A DNA stretch of 64,000 nt from a virus. Lineage: Duplodnaviria; Caudoviricetes. The notes under the pieces are model-generated. The model did no database searches. It was not told the origin of the DNA and saw only the letters and a program-made list of their open reading frames with translations. The stretch spans positions 160,001-224,000 of IMG/VR virus record IMGVR_UViG_3300029288_000057; one strand, given 5' to 3'. Shown piece after piece: positions 41,382 to 50,905 of this stretch; the stretch's first letter is position 1; every line of letters begins with the position of its first letter. Position numbers and translations under genes: made by a program.

Positions 41382-42844
41382 GCTTTTTTTATTTTTCTTG
41401 CTTTGTCATAATTAGTTGGATTTTTTCTTCTATTATATAAAACAAAAAATGGGTTTGTTATGTCTTTACGTAAAATTCTACTAAATAACTTATTTGGATG
41501 TTTTAAAAGATAAAAAATATAGTTTCTAAAAGTTTTATCAGTTGTTTCTTTTAATATTTCTGAAAGCCTTTCGTCGGTAAAGTCAGTAAAGTTAATCCTA
41601 AATCGATATGGTCCAGTTCCGTCTCCAATTGATTCTAAATATTCTTCTTCATTTTTTATTAATCCACTCTCTAAACAAAAATCATATAATTGACTTCCTG
41701 GGTAAGGGGTAATGTATCTGAACTTAAGTGCTGGATAACCAATTTTTTTAAACAAATCTATGGTTTCTTTAATTGTATTTTCATTTTCGCCTGGATATCC
41801 TAAAATTAAACCCATATCAAACGGAAATCCTATTTTAATTGTATATGATAAGATTTTTTCAATTTGTTTTGGAGTTATCTTTTTATTCATGTTTTTCAAT
41901 ATGGTTTCACTGCCACTTTCAACTCCATAGGCAATTTCTAAACACTTGTTATCTTTAGCTTTTTTAATTATTTCTTCACTTACCGTATTGATTCTTGCAT
42001 TTCCATACCATGTAATTTCTAAGTCTTTTATTTTTTCACAGAATTCAAATATATATTTTTTGTTCGAAAAAAGAAGCTCATCTTGAAATCCATATACGTC
42101 TATTCCATATTTTTCCAATAAAAATTTAATTTCTTTAACAAGATGGTCTACGCTTCTTTTTCTAACTTTGGTAAATATTTTTGAACAAAAATTACAATTA
42201 TATGGACATCCTCTCCCAGCCTCTATTTGAATTTTTTTGTGTACTACACCCTTTTTCATGTATTTCTTGGATATATAAACATCGTCAAGTTTTATGTATT
42301 GTTCCATATCAAATAATTCGTATGCTGGAAAGGGAATGGTATCTAAGTCTAAAATTGGGGGGCGTGGTGTGGTAATAAAAACTTGTGATTTATCTTTATA
42401 CGCTATCCCGTTTACTATACTTGGATTGTCAATGTTTTTTAACAAATCTACTATTGTTATTTCTCCTTCACCAATAACACAAATGTCAACATTGGTTTTT
42501 TCTAAAACCAGTTTATAACTGTGGTCGGATAGGTGACCTCCTAGAATTATTTTACAACTCAAAAATGTTTTAAGATATTCTGATATTTTTTTAACTTGAA
42601 CATATGAATAGCTGAGAGCGGTAAGTCCTATAATATCTGGTTTTAATTTTATAATTCTATCTTTTAGCTCGGTATAGTCAACGTCCTCAATTGTTAAATC
42701 TATAACAGAAACATTATAATTGTTTTGTTTTAAAACTGAAGCTATATAGCCAATGCCCAAAGGAAACGTTATATAAGTATCTTTTTTGTCTCCAGTGCTG
42801 TTTGGCCTAATAAGCAACACGTTTTTTATATTATTCTTAACCAT
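41378..42844 (-). CDS. Cobalamin-dependent radical SAM methyltransferase (class B)
   Basis: PLGIGYIAS, LGGH, GEGE, RGCPYNCNFC, GVESG, LGYPGE, TPYPGS. Confidence 0.9.
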   Translation of the reverse strand: MVKNNIKNVLLIRPNSTGDKKDTYITFPLGIGYIASVLKQNNYNVSVIDLTIEDVDYTELKDRIIKLKPDIIGLTALSYSYVQVKKISEYLKTFLSCKIILGGHLSDHSYKLVLEKTNVDICVIGEGEITIVDLLKNIDNPSIVNGIAYKDKSQVFITTPRPPILDLDTIPFPAYELFDMEQYIKLDDVYISKKYMKKGVVHKKIQIEAGRGCPYNCNFCSKIFTKVRKRSVDHLVKEIKFLLEKYGIDVYGFQDELLFSNKKYIFEFCEKIKDLEITWYGNARINTVSEEIIKKAKDNKCLEIAYGVESGSETILKNMNKKITPKQIEKILSYTIKIGFPFDMGLILGYPGENENTIKETIDLFKKIGYPALKFRYITPYPGSQLYDFCLESGLIKNEEEYLESIGDGTGPYRFRINFTDFTDERLSEILKETTDKTFRNYIFYLLKHPNKLFSRILRKDITNPFFVLYNRRKNPTNYDKARKIKKA

Positions 42845-43373
42845 CTTTTTTGTAATGTTTTTCAATAAATTCTTCTAATTCTGGAGAATTTAAGAGTTCT
42901 TGGTTTTCTATTATTTTATCTATAGGCCAATCCCACCATTTTATTTCTAAAAGCTTTTTGATTGAATTTTCGTCAAATCTTTTTGCTACAAGTTCTGCTG
43001 GATTTCCACGAACAACAGAATATGGGCGAACAGTTTTTGTGACATGTGAATTTGCTGCTATTATTGCTCCATCACCAACCTTAATTCCACTCATTATGGT
43101 TACCCCCTGTCCAATCCATACGTCATTTCCTATAATTACATTTCCTCTTGTTGTTCCTTTTTCTATTGTTTTCTTTTTAAAGGTGTGTTCACACACATGA
43201 CCAAATGGATAAGTAGAAATGTTATTTAAATCATGTAGCCCATTTCCAAAGAAAACAATTACATCTCGCCCTATACCACAAAACTTGCCTATATGCAATT
43301 CGACATCTTGATGGAAATCTGCAAAAACCTCTGTTATGTTTTGATGTCCGTATGTAAATTTTCCTACTTTCAT
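42837..43373 (-). CDS. Hexapeptide-repeat O-acetyltransferase (CatB/Vat-like)
   Basis: IGKFCGI, STYPF, IGNDVWIG, GNPA, EIKWWDW. Confidence 0.88.
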   Translation of the reverse strand: MKVGKFTYGHQNITEVFADFHQDVELHIGKFCGIGRDVIVFFGNGLHDLNNISTYPFGHVCEHTFKKKTIEKGTTRGNVIIGNDVWIGQGVTIMSGIKVGDGAIIAANSHVTKTVRPYSVVRGNPAELVAKRFDENSIKKLLEIKWWDWPIDKIIENQELLNSPELEEFIEKHYKKDG

Positions 43374-45040
43374 TTTACCAACTCTTGTATTTTATTTTTT
43401 AAGAATTCTTTGTAGTCCCAAAACCTTTTACTTTTTTCAAAATTTTCCTCAACAAAAGCCTTTTTTTCATTATAAGTGTTTTCTGTTAAACTATTACACA
43501 CATTTATTATTTCTTCCAAACTATTAACAATATACATTCCTTCTGTATTAAAATATTCTCCAATGCCAGTGCACCCATAGTATATTGGAATTGTTTTTGT
43601 TTTAAAACAATCAATAAGTTTTTCAGTGAAATAATATTTATTTCTCATGTTTTCTATTGCTATGTGAAATTGACTATCAAATAAAGCATTTTTTTCATCT
43701 CCCAATGTTTTCGTATCTTCTAAGTTTAATACATCTCCAGAATAGTTACCACTTACAAAAAAACTTTTGGGGATTTCTATTTGGCCTTGTTTTTCCCACA
43801 GTTCCTGTCTCATCACATGTGCGCTCGTTATCTTCTTACCGCCAACTATGGTAGAAACTTGAAATTTCTTTTCAGGATAAATGTATGGGGTTTTTATCCA
43901 CGTTGTTCCGTATTCAAAAAGGTGAGCATTGTTGCATTTTTCTAAAACAGTTTCATCAAAAGTAAGTATATAATCAAAAGATTGATGGTTTTCAATAGCT
44001 TTTTCAATAACATTTGGTATTATTGCAGATGATTCTATGATTAGCAGAATTTTTACAGCATCTTCACTTCTATTGTCAAACCCATTCATATCCACAAATA
44101 ACTCTATTTGTTTTTCGTGTGTAAATTGAAAGTCAAAGGCAAATGGACAAAAAACTCTAATGTCTTTCATTATTTGACTTTTTATTTTTTCATAATCGTT
44201 TTTGTCATATTCTATTTCAACATCCTTGTTATAGAACAACTTCATATATAACGCAAATCTACCTTTTGCCCAATCTACATATGTGGCAGGAACACTTCCT
44301 TGTCCGTTTTTATAAAAATTCATTCCAGACCCTACTCCAGCAAAATGTATTATGTTATCTCCAAAATCCATTATCTTGTTTAGTTCGCCGTACTTATTAA
44401 GAAAACTTGCATCTTCATTTGGAGAACCGAATTTTTCATAATCTAAATGATATATTTTCCCACCATTTTTTAAAATATCAAATGATATTGGGTCAAAAAA
44501 ATCAATACAGGGAAATCCAATCGGATTGTAATATCCAACAACCATTCTGTGAATAGTGTCAAAATCAAAAGGTGATACCTTTTGGTTGTTATATCCAAAA
44601 AAATATGTACCAACAACATCAGAAATGCTGTCATATTCTCCATTTTTATTAGCCACATTCTTTTTGTATAATCTTCGAGGACCTATTAAGTCAAACCCTT
44701 CGTCAAATTTGTTTAATATATAGCTTAAGCATTCTGAACGAAATATGGTATCGCTGTCAAAATGTATTATTTGATTATAATCTCCATATTCCCCCTTTAA
44801 AACTTTTGTGAAAATATATGCCGTCCCCAGGTGCCCTTGGTTTTTATACATATTTAAAAGCACATCATCACCAGAAAAATCTATATATTCTATGTTTTTA
44901 AATTTACCAAGCTCTTTAAAGTCTTTATGTGTTCCAGCCACGTGAACAATTGTGTCTGGATGATATTTAAAAAAGCTTTCGAGACACTTTTTTCCAATAA
45001 GACCACAATTGTATATTTCTGTATAAATGATAGTTTTCAT
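43370..45040 (-). CDS. Two-domain glycosyltransferase (GT-A with DSD motif fused to GT10-like)
   Basis: N-half HFDSDT..IHFAG; C-half QFHIAIEN..FTEKLIDCF..TIPIYYG. Confidence 0.75.
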   Translation of the reverse strand: MKTIIYTEIYNCGLIGKKCLESFFKYHPDTIVHVAGTHKDFKELGKFKNIEYIDFSGDDVLLNMYKNQGHLGTAYIFTKVLKGEYGDYNQIIHFDSDTIFRSECLSYILNKFDEGFDLIGPRRLYKKNVANKNGEYDSISDVVGTYFFGYNNQKVSPFDFDTIHRMVVGYYNPIGFPCIDFFDPISFDILKNGGKIYHLDYEKFGSPNEDASFLNKYGELNKIMDFGDNIIHFAGVGSGMNFYKNGQGSVPATYVDWAKGRFALYMKLFYNKDVEIEYDKNDYEKIKSQIMKDIRVFCPFAFDFQFTHEKQIELFVDMNGFDNRSEDAVKILLIIESSAIIPNVIEKAIENHQSFDYILTFDETVLEKCNNAHLFEYGTTWIKTPYIYPEKKFQVSTIVGGKKITSAHVMRQELWEKQGQIEIPKSFFVSGNYSGDVLNLEDTKTLGDEKNALFDSQFHIAIENMRNKYYFTEKLIDCFKTKTIPIYYGCTGIGEYFNTEGMYIVNSLEEIINVCNSLTENTYNEKKAFVEENFEKSKRFWDYKEFLKNKIQELVK

Positions 45041-45043
45041 TCG

Positions 45044-45721
45044 CTATTTTTTTAAATACTTCTTTATTGTTTCTGTTATATAATCTTCACCCTCATTTCT
45101 ACTGGCAATTGCTAAAAACTCGTTGTTATCTATCTTATAATCACATCCTCCAGGAACAATTGTTTTATCTACCTCAATGTTTAAAACAGATTCAATTTTT
45201 TTGACAAATTCCAATACACTCATTTTATTGTTAAAACACACATTCATTATTTTATTTGTCTGTGCATCATTTTCTATGATGTTGGGTAGAATATTTGTTA
45301 AATCATCTACATCCATGATATAGCGCACTGCACTTTTTTGAATTTGTATGATGCCTTTTTTTGTTATTTTATTCACAAAATAATTAAATGACGTGTTTTG
45401 ATTATCCGTTTCTCCAATTATATTTGGAAGTCTGAAAATTAAATAATTTTTAAAATTGTTTTTAATGTACTCTTCTGTTTTAATTTTATGCTTTACATAT
45501 TCTGAATTTACCAGAGTTTTGTCAAATATACTACATGTACTAAAATAAACCAATTTTTTATCAAATTCTTTTTCATAAAGCTGCAGCAATTTCAACTCTT
45601 TTCCAAATTGATTTTTGTCTGTTTCTTTTGAGTTTGACACTCCTGATGCAAAAAGTATTATATCTATATAATTCTTATATTTTCCGAATGCCTTCGCTAT
45701 CATCCCACTTCCTACTACCAT
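45044..45721 (-). CDS. Short NAD-dependent epimerase/reductase
   Basis: VVGSGMIA, FASGVSNS, YFSTCS, YVKHK, RLPNIIG. Confidence 0.8.
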   Translation of the reverse strand: MVVGSGMIAKAFGKYKNYIDIILFASGVSNSKETDKNQFGKELKLLQLYEKEFDKKLVYFSTCSIFDKTLVNSEYVKHKIKTEEYIKNNFKNYLIFRLPNIIGETDNQNTSFNYFVNKITKKGIIQIQKSAVRYIMDVDDLTNILPNIIENDAQTNKIMNVCFNNKMSVLEFVKKIESVLNIEVDKTIVPGGCDYKIDNNEFLAIASRNEGEDYITETIKKYLKK

Positions 45722-45723
45722 GA

Positions 45724-46467
45724 TTAATATAATTTTTCTATTCTTTGATACTTTTGTTTTGCTCTCACAACTACTTCGACTTCTCTTTGTCTTGGAGCAT
45801 TCGTGTTTCCATCACTATTTTGGTTGGCAACATTATAAACATATAATATTTCTGGAATATATCTTGACCTTTCTGCAGACATTTCAAGCATGGGAAATTG
45901 AAAACTTAGGTCTCCAGCAGTATCCAACCAACGCCCATCATCAAATTTAAAATCCTTTTCATTTATTAACAAAAAAAGCTCTCTTCGATATGTTCTTAGG
46001 TGAGAACCAAGCCATTGATGCTCTCTGAATGCATTTTTTGATATTACACTGTCTGGATATGCATGATAAATATGAGACACGCTTCTATATGGAAATTCAC
46101 AATATGTGCCATATGTCATATATACATCCCCAGAATTATATACATCATTAAGTTTGCTAAGAATCTTGCCGCCATTTAAATAATCATCCCCATCTAGGCT
46201 AACGCAAATTGTATTCGGCTTTGAAAGCTGTGTTAACCACAACATATTGGCTATTTGTGGCAAACGGACTTCATTTTGATAAACGCTTAAAATAGGATAT
46301 TCCTCAGAATATTTTTTAGCAATCTCAAATGTCTTATCCGTTGATTTTGCATCAACAAGAATTACTTCATAATTTTTATATTTTTGAGTTACTGCTGTGA
46401 TTAAACACTGTTCAATCCACTCTTCTTGATTGCATGCGTCTATAATTATAGTAAAATGATTTTCCAT
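45724..46467 (-). CDS. GT2 glycosyltransferase
   Basis: DAKSTD, LDGDDYL, SHLRTY, FPMLEM. Confidence 0.85.
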   Translation of the reverse strand: MENHFTIIIDACNQEEWIEQCLITAVTQKYKNYEVILVDAKSTDKTFEIAKKYSEEYPILSVYQNEVRLPQIANMLWLTQLSKPNTICVSLDGDDYLNGGKILSKLNDVYNSGDVYMTYGTYCEFPYRSVSHIYHAYPDSVISKNAFREHQWLGSHLRTYRRELFLLINEKDFKFDDGRWLDTAGDLSFQFPMLEMSAERSRYIPEILYVYNVANQNSDGNTNAPRQREVEVVVRAKQKYQRIEKLY

Positions 46468-46472
46468 GTTTA

Positions 46473-47339
46473 TTATAAAAAGGTTTTTATATGTGCGCTT
46501 TTTTGTTTTATTATTTCTTCTTTCTTTTCCTTTGAGAGTAGTTTAAAATCCTCATAAATTTTCTTCATTTCATTTATAAATGGATTACTAAAATAAGTTG
46601 GGGGATGGTACAAGTGGAAAACATCAATGGGAGGGTGTTCGCTTGTACACATTTTGTCTATTGTGTTTATTTTTTCCCAGAAATATGAATCTTCTGGAGA
46701 ATTTGCCAAAAACAAGTCTGCATCATATCCACCCACATCAAAAAGAAGCCCCCTTTCAACCAATATGGAGCCCCCTGGTGCCCCAAGCATTACTTTGCCT
46801 CCCAATCTTGGCAAATCTACTCCCTTAAGGTCTAAATTTAAGTCATCTATGTTTATCCTGCCTTGGACAATTTCTTTTGTTAGGTCAATATCGCAATATA
46901 AAGCACGCCTTTGTTGAAAACACTGTAGTGCTTTACATTTTTGATTGGTGATATTCAGTGCGATTTTTTGAAAAAAGTCCGATTGTATGACACAATCAAT
47001 ATCATGAAAAATAATGTATTTTGATATATTTGAATATAATGCCCCCATGTTATATGCCAAACATTTATTAAACAAATCACCTTCTTCACACTTAACCCAA
47101 ATATAATTAATCTTATTGTCCTTACAAAATTTAGAATGTTCAGTTATGTGCGAATGTTCTATTACTGTGTATATAATGTTGAGCGGGGAGTTTTCTTTAG
47201 CTTTTAAAAAACTATTATACATTGGCGCCGCAAACTCTTTCCTCCCACGAACTGGAATAAGAAAATTAATATCAACTAATTCTTCTGGCTGCTGTATAAT
47301 AATTATACTATCTTCTTTTATGTCTTTATAATTAATCAT
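46473..47339 (-). CDS. GT7/GT2-like glycosyltransferase
   Basis: IPVRGR, FNKCLAYNMGA, FHDID, VGGYD..ED, HLYHP. Confidence 0.8.
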   Translation of the reverse strand: MINYKDIKEDSIIIIQQPEELVDINFLIPVRGRKEFAAPMYNSFLKAKENSPLNIIYTVIEHSHITEHSKFCKDNKINYIWVKCEEGDLFNKCLAYNMGALYSNISKYIIFHDIDCVIQSDFFQKIALNITNQKCKALQCFQQRRALYCDIDLTKEIVQGRINIDDLNLDLKGVDLPRLGGKVMLGAPGGSILVERGLLFDVGGYDADLFLANSPEDSYFWEKINTIDKMCTSEHPPIDVFHLYHPPTYFSNPFINEMKKIYEDFKLLSKEKKEEIIKQKSAHIKTFL

Positions 47340-48123
47340 ATTTTTCTATCTTTTTAAAACTTGACTTTTTGCTTATCTCATTGTGTATGTCCCACTGTAG
47401 CTGTTGGTTTACCTTGTCGTCGCTGATTGGGTTGTCTCTGTTATATATATACAACACTTTATCAATAAATTTTATTCTTTTCAAACCAGCCATCTCCATT
47501 ATTGGAAATAATATGGCAACATCATAGGTCATTTTATAAAAATTTCCATCTTTGTCTTTTAAACAAGAAAATTCAGGGTCTTGCTCTTTTATTTTTTGAT
47601 AAAGGCCTGCTCTAAAGGTTCTTATGTGAGAAACTCTAAATGGCGCCTTTCTCAAATTGTCAAATTCTATTTGTGTATACTCTGAGGCAAACCCCATTCT
47701 CCCATCAGTCCAAGATGCTTGTCCATATGTTATCCAACAATCATTTCTGCAATAAACTTCGTTTATATAACTAATTACATTTTTGTTCGGCAACCAGTCA
47801 TCCCCATCCAAAAGCACGACTATTTCATGTGGTTCACAATGCTCCATTATTGCTTTGTGAATATTGGGTAATGCCGTTGTGTTTTCTTCATTTCTTATAC
47901 AAATTGCTTTTGGATTATCATGTGGCAATAAGTCCCAGGAATTATCAGTAGAGGCATCATCGATAAAAATGACCTTATAATTATCATATTTTTGCGTTAA
48001 TGCCGAATTTGCACATCTTTCTATAAAGGTAGATGCGTTATAAAACGGAACTATTATTTTAAAATAATGTTCATCGAGTTCCACGCTCGATGGCGCTGGT
48101 GATATAAAAAAAGGTGGTAACAT
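47332..48123 (-). CDS. GT2 glycosyltransferase (paralog of 45724..46467)
   Basis: IVPFYNA, DDASTD, LDGDDWL, SHIRTF, FPIMEM. Confidence 0.85.
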   Translation of the reverse strand: MLPPFFISPAPSSVELDEHYFKIIVPFYNASTFIERCANSALTQKYDNYKVIFIDDASTDNSWDLLPHDNPKAICIRNEENTTALPNIHKAIMEHCEPHEIVVLLDGDDWLPNKNVISYINEVYCRNDCWITYGQASWTDGRMGFASEYTQIEFDNLRKAPFRVSHIRTFRAGLYQKIKEQDPEFSCLKDKDGNFYKMTYDVAILFPIMEMAGLKRIKFIDKVLYIYNRDNPISDDKVNQQLQWDIHNEISKKSSFKKIEKYD

Positions 48124-48125
48124 AA

Positions 48126-48926
48126 TTATATTTTTTTAAATTTAAATTCTATTTCTTGGTGGCATCCTATAATGCTTGAGAAATCCATTCTCTCAAAATC
48201 TATAACTTCTCCATTAAGATATTTATCGTTTAATTCTTTTGTTGTAAAACCATATTTTTCTCCATTTCTGTTTGGATATGTTATATTTACCATGTTGTTT
48301 GGAGAGTTAATTAAAACACTAGTCTTATAAGCTACCATAATTTCTTTTGGGTAACTATCAAATACTTGCAGTGCAGCTTCCAGAACATTTGGATTGTTGA
48401 AACTCGTGGCTTTAATCAGTTTCTTAATTTCTTTTGTCCTAAAAATATGGCCGTCAACAGAAAGGGGATATCCAAAATCAGCATAGCTTTTCGACCAGTT
48501 CCACCAAATAAATTTTTCATCTCTCTTGTTTGTAATAAGAACATTGTCGCATTTCATAGTGTAACAATGAGTTATGTTTGTTCCAAGTCTAAGACTGAAG
48601 CAAAAAATGTCATCATCATTTAAACACTCATCAATGTCATCTTCATATACATTATTGTATATTATGTCATCATCGGTAAAAAAACAAGTTTTGTTCAACG
48701 TGGAATTTAACAATTCAACAGTTTGTTCTTTAAAATTTACTTCTTCAACATAATTGACACTTTTAAATCTTTCCTTTATTAAATCATATGCCTTCTTAAA
48801 TTCCTCATCAGAACATTTATATAAAACATTAATGTTGAATATTCCTTGTGCGTTTTTCTCAATTGATTCTAACAAAAGATGTAATTGTGCGGGGCGGTCA
48901 AAACTAAAAACTATTGCATTTATCAT
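48126..48926 (-). CDS. GT-A glycosyltransferase
   Basis: VFSFDRPAQL..LLES, FFTDDD, FSLRLG, YPLSVDG. Confidence 0.7.
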   Translation of the reverse strand: MINAIVFSFDRPAQLHLLLESIEKNAQGIFNINVLYKCSDEEFKKAYDLIKERFKSVNYVEEVNFKEQTVELLNSTLNKTCFFTDDDIIYNNVYEDDIDECLNDDDIFCFSLRLGTNITHCYTMKCDNVLITNKRDEKFIWWNWSKSYADFGYPLSVDGHIFRTKEIKKLIKATSFNNPNVLEAALQVFDSYPKEIMVAYKTSVLINSPNNMVNITYPNRNGEKYGFTTKELNDKYLNGEVIDFERMDFSSIIGCHQEIEFKFKKI

Positions 48927-48952
48927 TATTCTAATTTTTTTCTCTATTTATT

Positions 48953-48984
48953 GAAAGATAATAAAAAAAAAAGAAATTTTCAAA
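48953..48984 (-). promoter_or_regulatory. Host-RNAP-type promoter TTTG-N20-TATCTTTC heading the glycan island
   Basis: Upstream of ATG 48926; back-to-back with TATTTATT (48985-48992) on the plus strand. Confidence 0.55.
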
Positions 48985-49013
48985 TATTTATTAAAAAATA
49001 ACCCATAAGAATT

Positions 49014-49436
49014 ATGAAAAAAATTAGCCAAAAGGAAATTGTACAAGCTATCATAACTGAAGCTTTAACTATTAAAAGAAAAAAACAGCTATTTGAAGAA
49101 GCTAAAAAAATAAATAGCGAGCTTAAACAATTAAACGAATATGGTCATCCAGGCGTAATGGCTGGGTTTGGTTTTAAGGATTATCAAGGTCCTAGTCCAG
49201 TTTTGGGATTGGTGACACCTTCAAATTATGAAGAACAAAAACCAGAAGGAGAAGATTGTGGATGCAAGCTTGACCAATTTCCAAAATTAGAAAAAGATAT
49301 TGATAGCTTTGGCACAGAAGATGGCGTCGTTGGTGACGATACAGCAGCAGTAAATGATGTACAGGCAATAAAAGACGAAATTGAAGATATAAAGGCTAAA
49401 TTAACTCAACTGGGAGACTCACTCGGTTCGCTTTAA
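49014..49436 (+). CDS. Putative internal head protein
   Basis: Late motif upstream; (I/L)xE-rich amphipathic N-terminus. Confidence 0.55.
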   Translation: MKKISQKEIVQAIITEALTIKRKKQLFEEAKKINSELKQLNEYGHPGVMAGFGFKDYQGPSPVLGLVTPSNYEEQKPEGEDCGCKLDQFPKLEKDIDSFGTEDGVVGDDTAAVNDVQAIKDEIEDIKAKLTQLGDSLGSL

Positions 49437-49494
49437 TAAAAAATAATAATTTCATTTTTTTTTACTATTTATAAAAAACTTAAAACTTAAAGTT

Positions 49495-50250
49495 ATGGCA
49501 AAAATAAGAATTACCGAAGAAGAACTTATTCAAATGATAAATGAAGAATACTTCAAAAAGATTACTGAAATTAAGCTAAAGAATAGGCTTAAAAAAATTA
49601 ATGAAGAAATTCAGCAAATTACTGAAGAAAACATTGATGAAGTTGAGGCGGGTGGAAAGAGCGCAGTTCGTTCTACGGCTTGGACTGGTGAAAAAGGCGG
49701 TGATAAAAAATGGGCACCAAAATTTCAAAAAAAAGGTAGCCACTTAGTTGAGGATAGTGAAGTAGAAGATGAGGTTGTTATAGACGATAATATGCCAAGT
49801 GATGAATTGCCAGGTGAAGGATTACCAGGAGAAGAATTACCAGGAGAAGAGGCCTTAGAAGGTGATTTAGACATTGAAGCTATCCTTGCAAAGTTAGCAG
49901 ATGCTATTGAGGATAAGATTGAAACTGTTGTTGACGAAAAAATGGGTGGTGAAACATCTGAGGAAGTTCCTTCAGAAGAAGTTCCATCCGAAGAAATACC
50001 TTCAGAAGAAGTTCCATCCGAAGAAATGGATGAAAAGAAAACTCCATGTGCAGAAGGATGTCCAGAAGAAGAAGGCATTGTAAAAGAACAGGACGGAACA
50101 AGCGTTGCACAAGAACAAACTCCAAAAGAAGCGGTACCTTTTGATAATGGTAAAGCAGATATTCCAAAAACAGACCAACTTGTTAGTGAGGGTACAAAGA
50201 AAAGAATGCAAATTCTTTCTGGAATCAGAAAAAATGATTTTAATGACTAA
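49495..50250 (+). CDS. Acidic putative head/core protein with tandem repeats
   Basis: TATTTATA 49466-49473; ELPGE and SEEVP repeats; C-terminal KRMQILSGI. Confidence 0.6.
   Translation: MAKIRITEEELIQMINEEYFKKITEIKLKNRLKKINEEIQQITEENIDEVEAGGKSAVRSTAWTGEKGGDKKWAPKFQKKGSHLVEDSEVEDEVVIDDNMPSDELPGEGLPGEELPGEEALEGDLDIEAILAKLADAIEDKIETVVDEKMGGETSEEVPSEEVPSEEIPSEEVPSEEMDEKKTPCAEGCPEEEGIVKEQDGTSVAQEQTPKEAVPFDNGKADIPKTDQLVSEGTKKRMQILSGIRKNDFND
49801..49863 (+). repeat. 15-nt coding tandem repeat (xELPG)
   Basis: gatgaattgccaggt gaaggattaccagga gaagaattaccagga plus a degenerate copy. Confidence 0.85.
49957..50028 (+). repeat. 15-nt coding tandem repeat (SEEVP, about 5 copies)
   Basis: ccttcagaagaagttccatccgaagaaat occurs twice exactly. 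Confidence 0.9.
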
Positions 50251-50280
50251 TTAAAAACATAAGGAAATAAAGAGCCTGCC

Positions 50281-50310
50281 AAAAAACGCTATAGTAATAT
50301 AGCGTTTTTT
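50281..50310. terminator. Bidirectional terminator overlapping the HNH stop codon
   Basis: AAAAAACGCTATA-GTAA-TATAGCGTTTTTT perfect inverted repeat. Confidence 0.85.
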
Positions 50311-50699
50311 TGTTTTAATAATAACTCATTTAATTTTTCATCACCTAAAATTATTAATAACTCTTTAAAAGTATCATATGATTTATATTTAGGTTTAAAT
50401 TGTTGGTTTTCTTTGTTTGTCACCCATGTTAAATTTTCAGCCCTGTTATCAATTCGATTGTGGTTTATGTGGTGAACTTGCATTTCATTATCCATATTTT
50501 CAATAGGGTTGAAGGTTTTCAAAACTAATCTGTGTACAAAAAAAGCATATGTTTTACCATTATAATTAAACGTCTTTTTCCTATATCCTTTATAATTAAA
50601 AGTTTTTAAAATCCTACCAGTTTTATTATTTTTTAAATTACCCATGTTTGAAACCGAATAGTTATTGCCTAATAACTCTATATTTTTCCATATTTCCAT
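50289..50699 (-). mobile_element. NUMOD4-HNH homing endonuclease
   Basis: MEIWKNI..YSVSNMGN (NUMOD4), VHRLV, VHHINHNRIDNRAENLTWVT..EN. Confidence 0.88.
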
Positions 50700-50700
50700 A

Positions 50701-50871
50701 TTAATAATTTTCCTTTAAAAGCTCTCTTCCGTCTTCTGTTATAACTTTGCTTTCTTCTCTTTCCATTAAACCATCCTGTTTGGTAGAAATTTTCTTGGGT
50801 TTTTTAGCAGTTTCAATCACTTTTTGTGGGTCTATTAAACCACTTCCTCTTTTTGTTTCTTTGTTTTCCAT
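50701..50871 (-). CDS. Small protein (56 aa), missing from ORF track
   Basis: MENKETKRGSGLIDPQKVIETAKKPKKISTKQDGLMEREESKVITEDGRELLKENY; TATTTATA at 50895-50902 (minus). Confidence 0.7.
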   Translation of the reverse strand: MENKETKRGSGLIDPQKVIETAKKPKKISTKQDGLMEREESKVITEDGRELLKENY

Positions 50872-50905
50872 AAAATTTTAATTTTGATGTTTCTTATAAA
50901 TAGTC

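Noticed and set aside
42837-43373. Antibiotic resistance gene (vat/catB)
   Set aside because: Fold shared with sugar O-acetyltransferases and the gene overlaps glycan genes on both sides
26671-48926. Bacterial O-antigen/capsule locus (host DNA or prophage flank)
   Set aside because: No flippase, polymerase or initiating transferase; contains a phage homing endonuclease with late promoter; flanked by phage genes and shares GATC avoidance
49801-50028. CRISPR array
   Set aside because: Repeats are in-frame 15-mers without spacers; no cas genes or repeat-spacer array seen in the window
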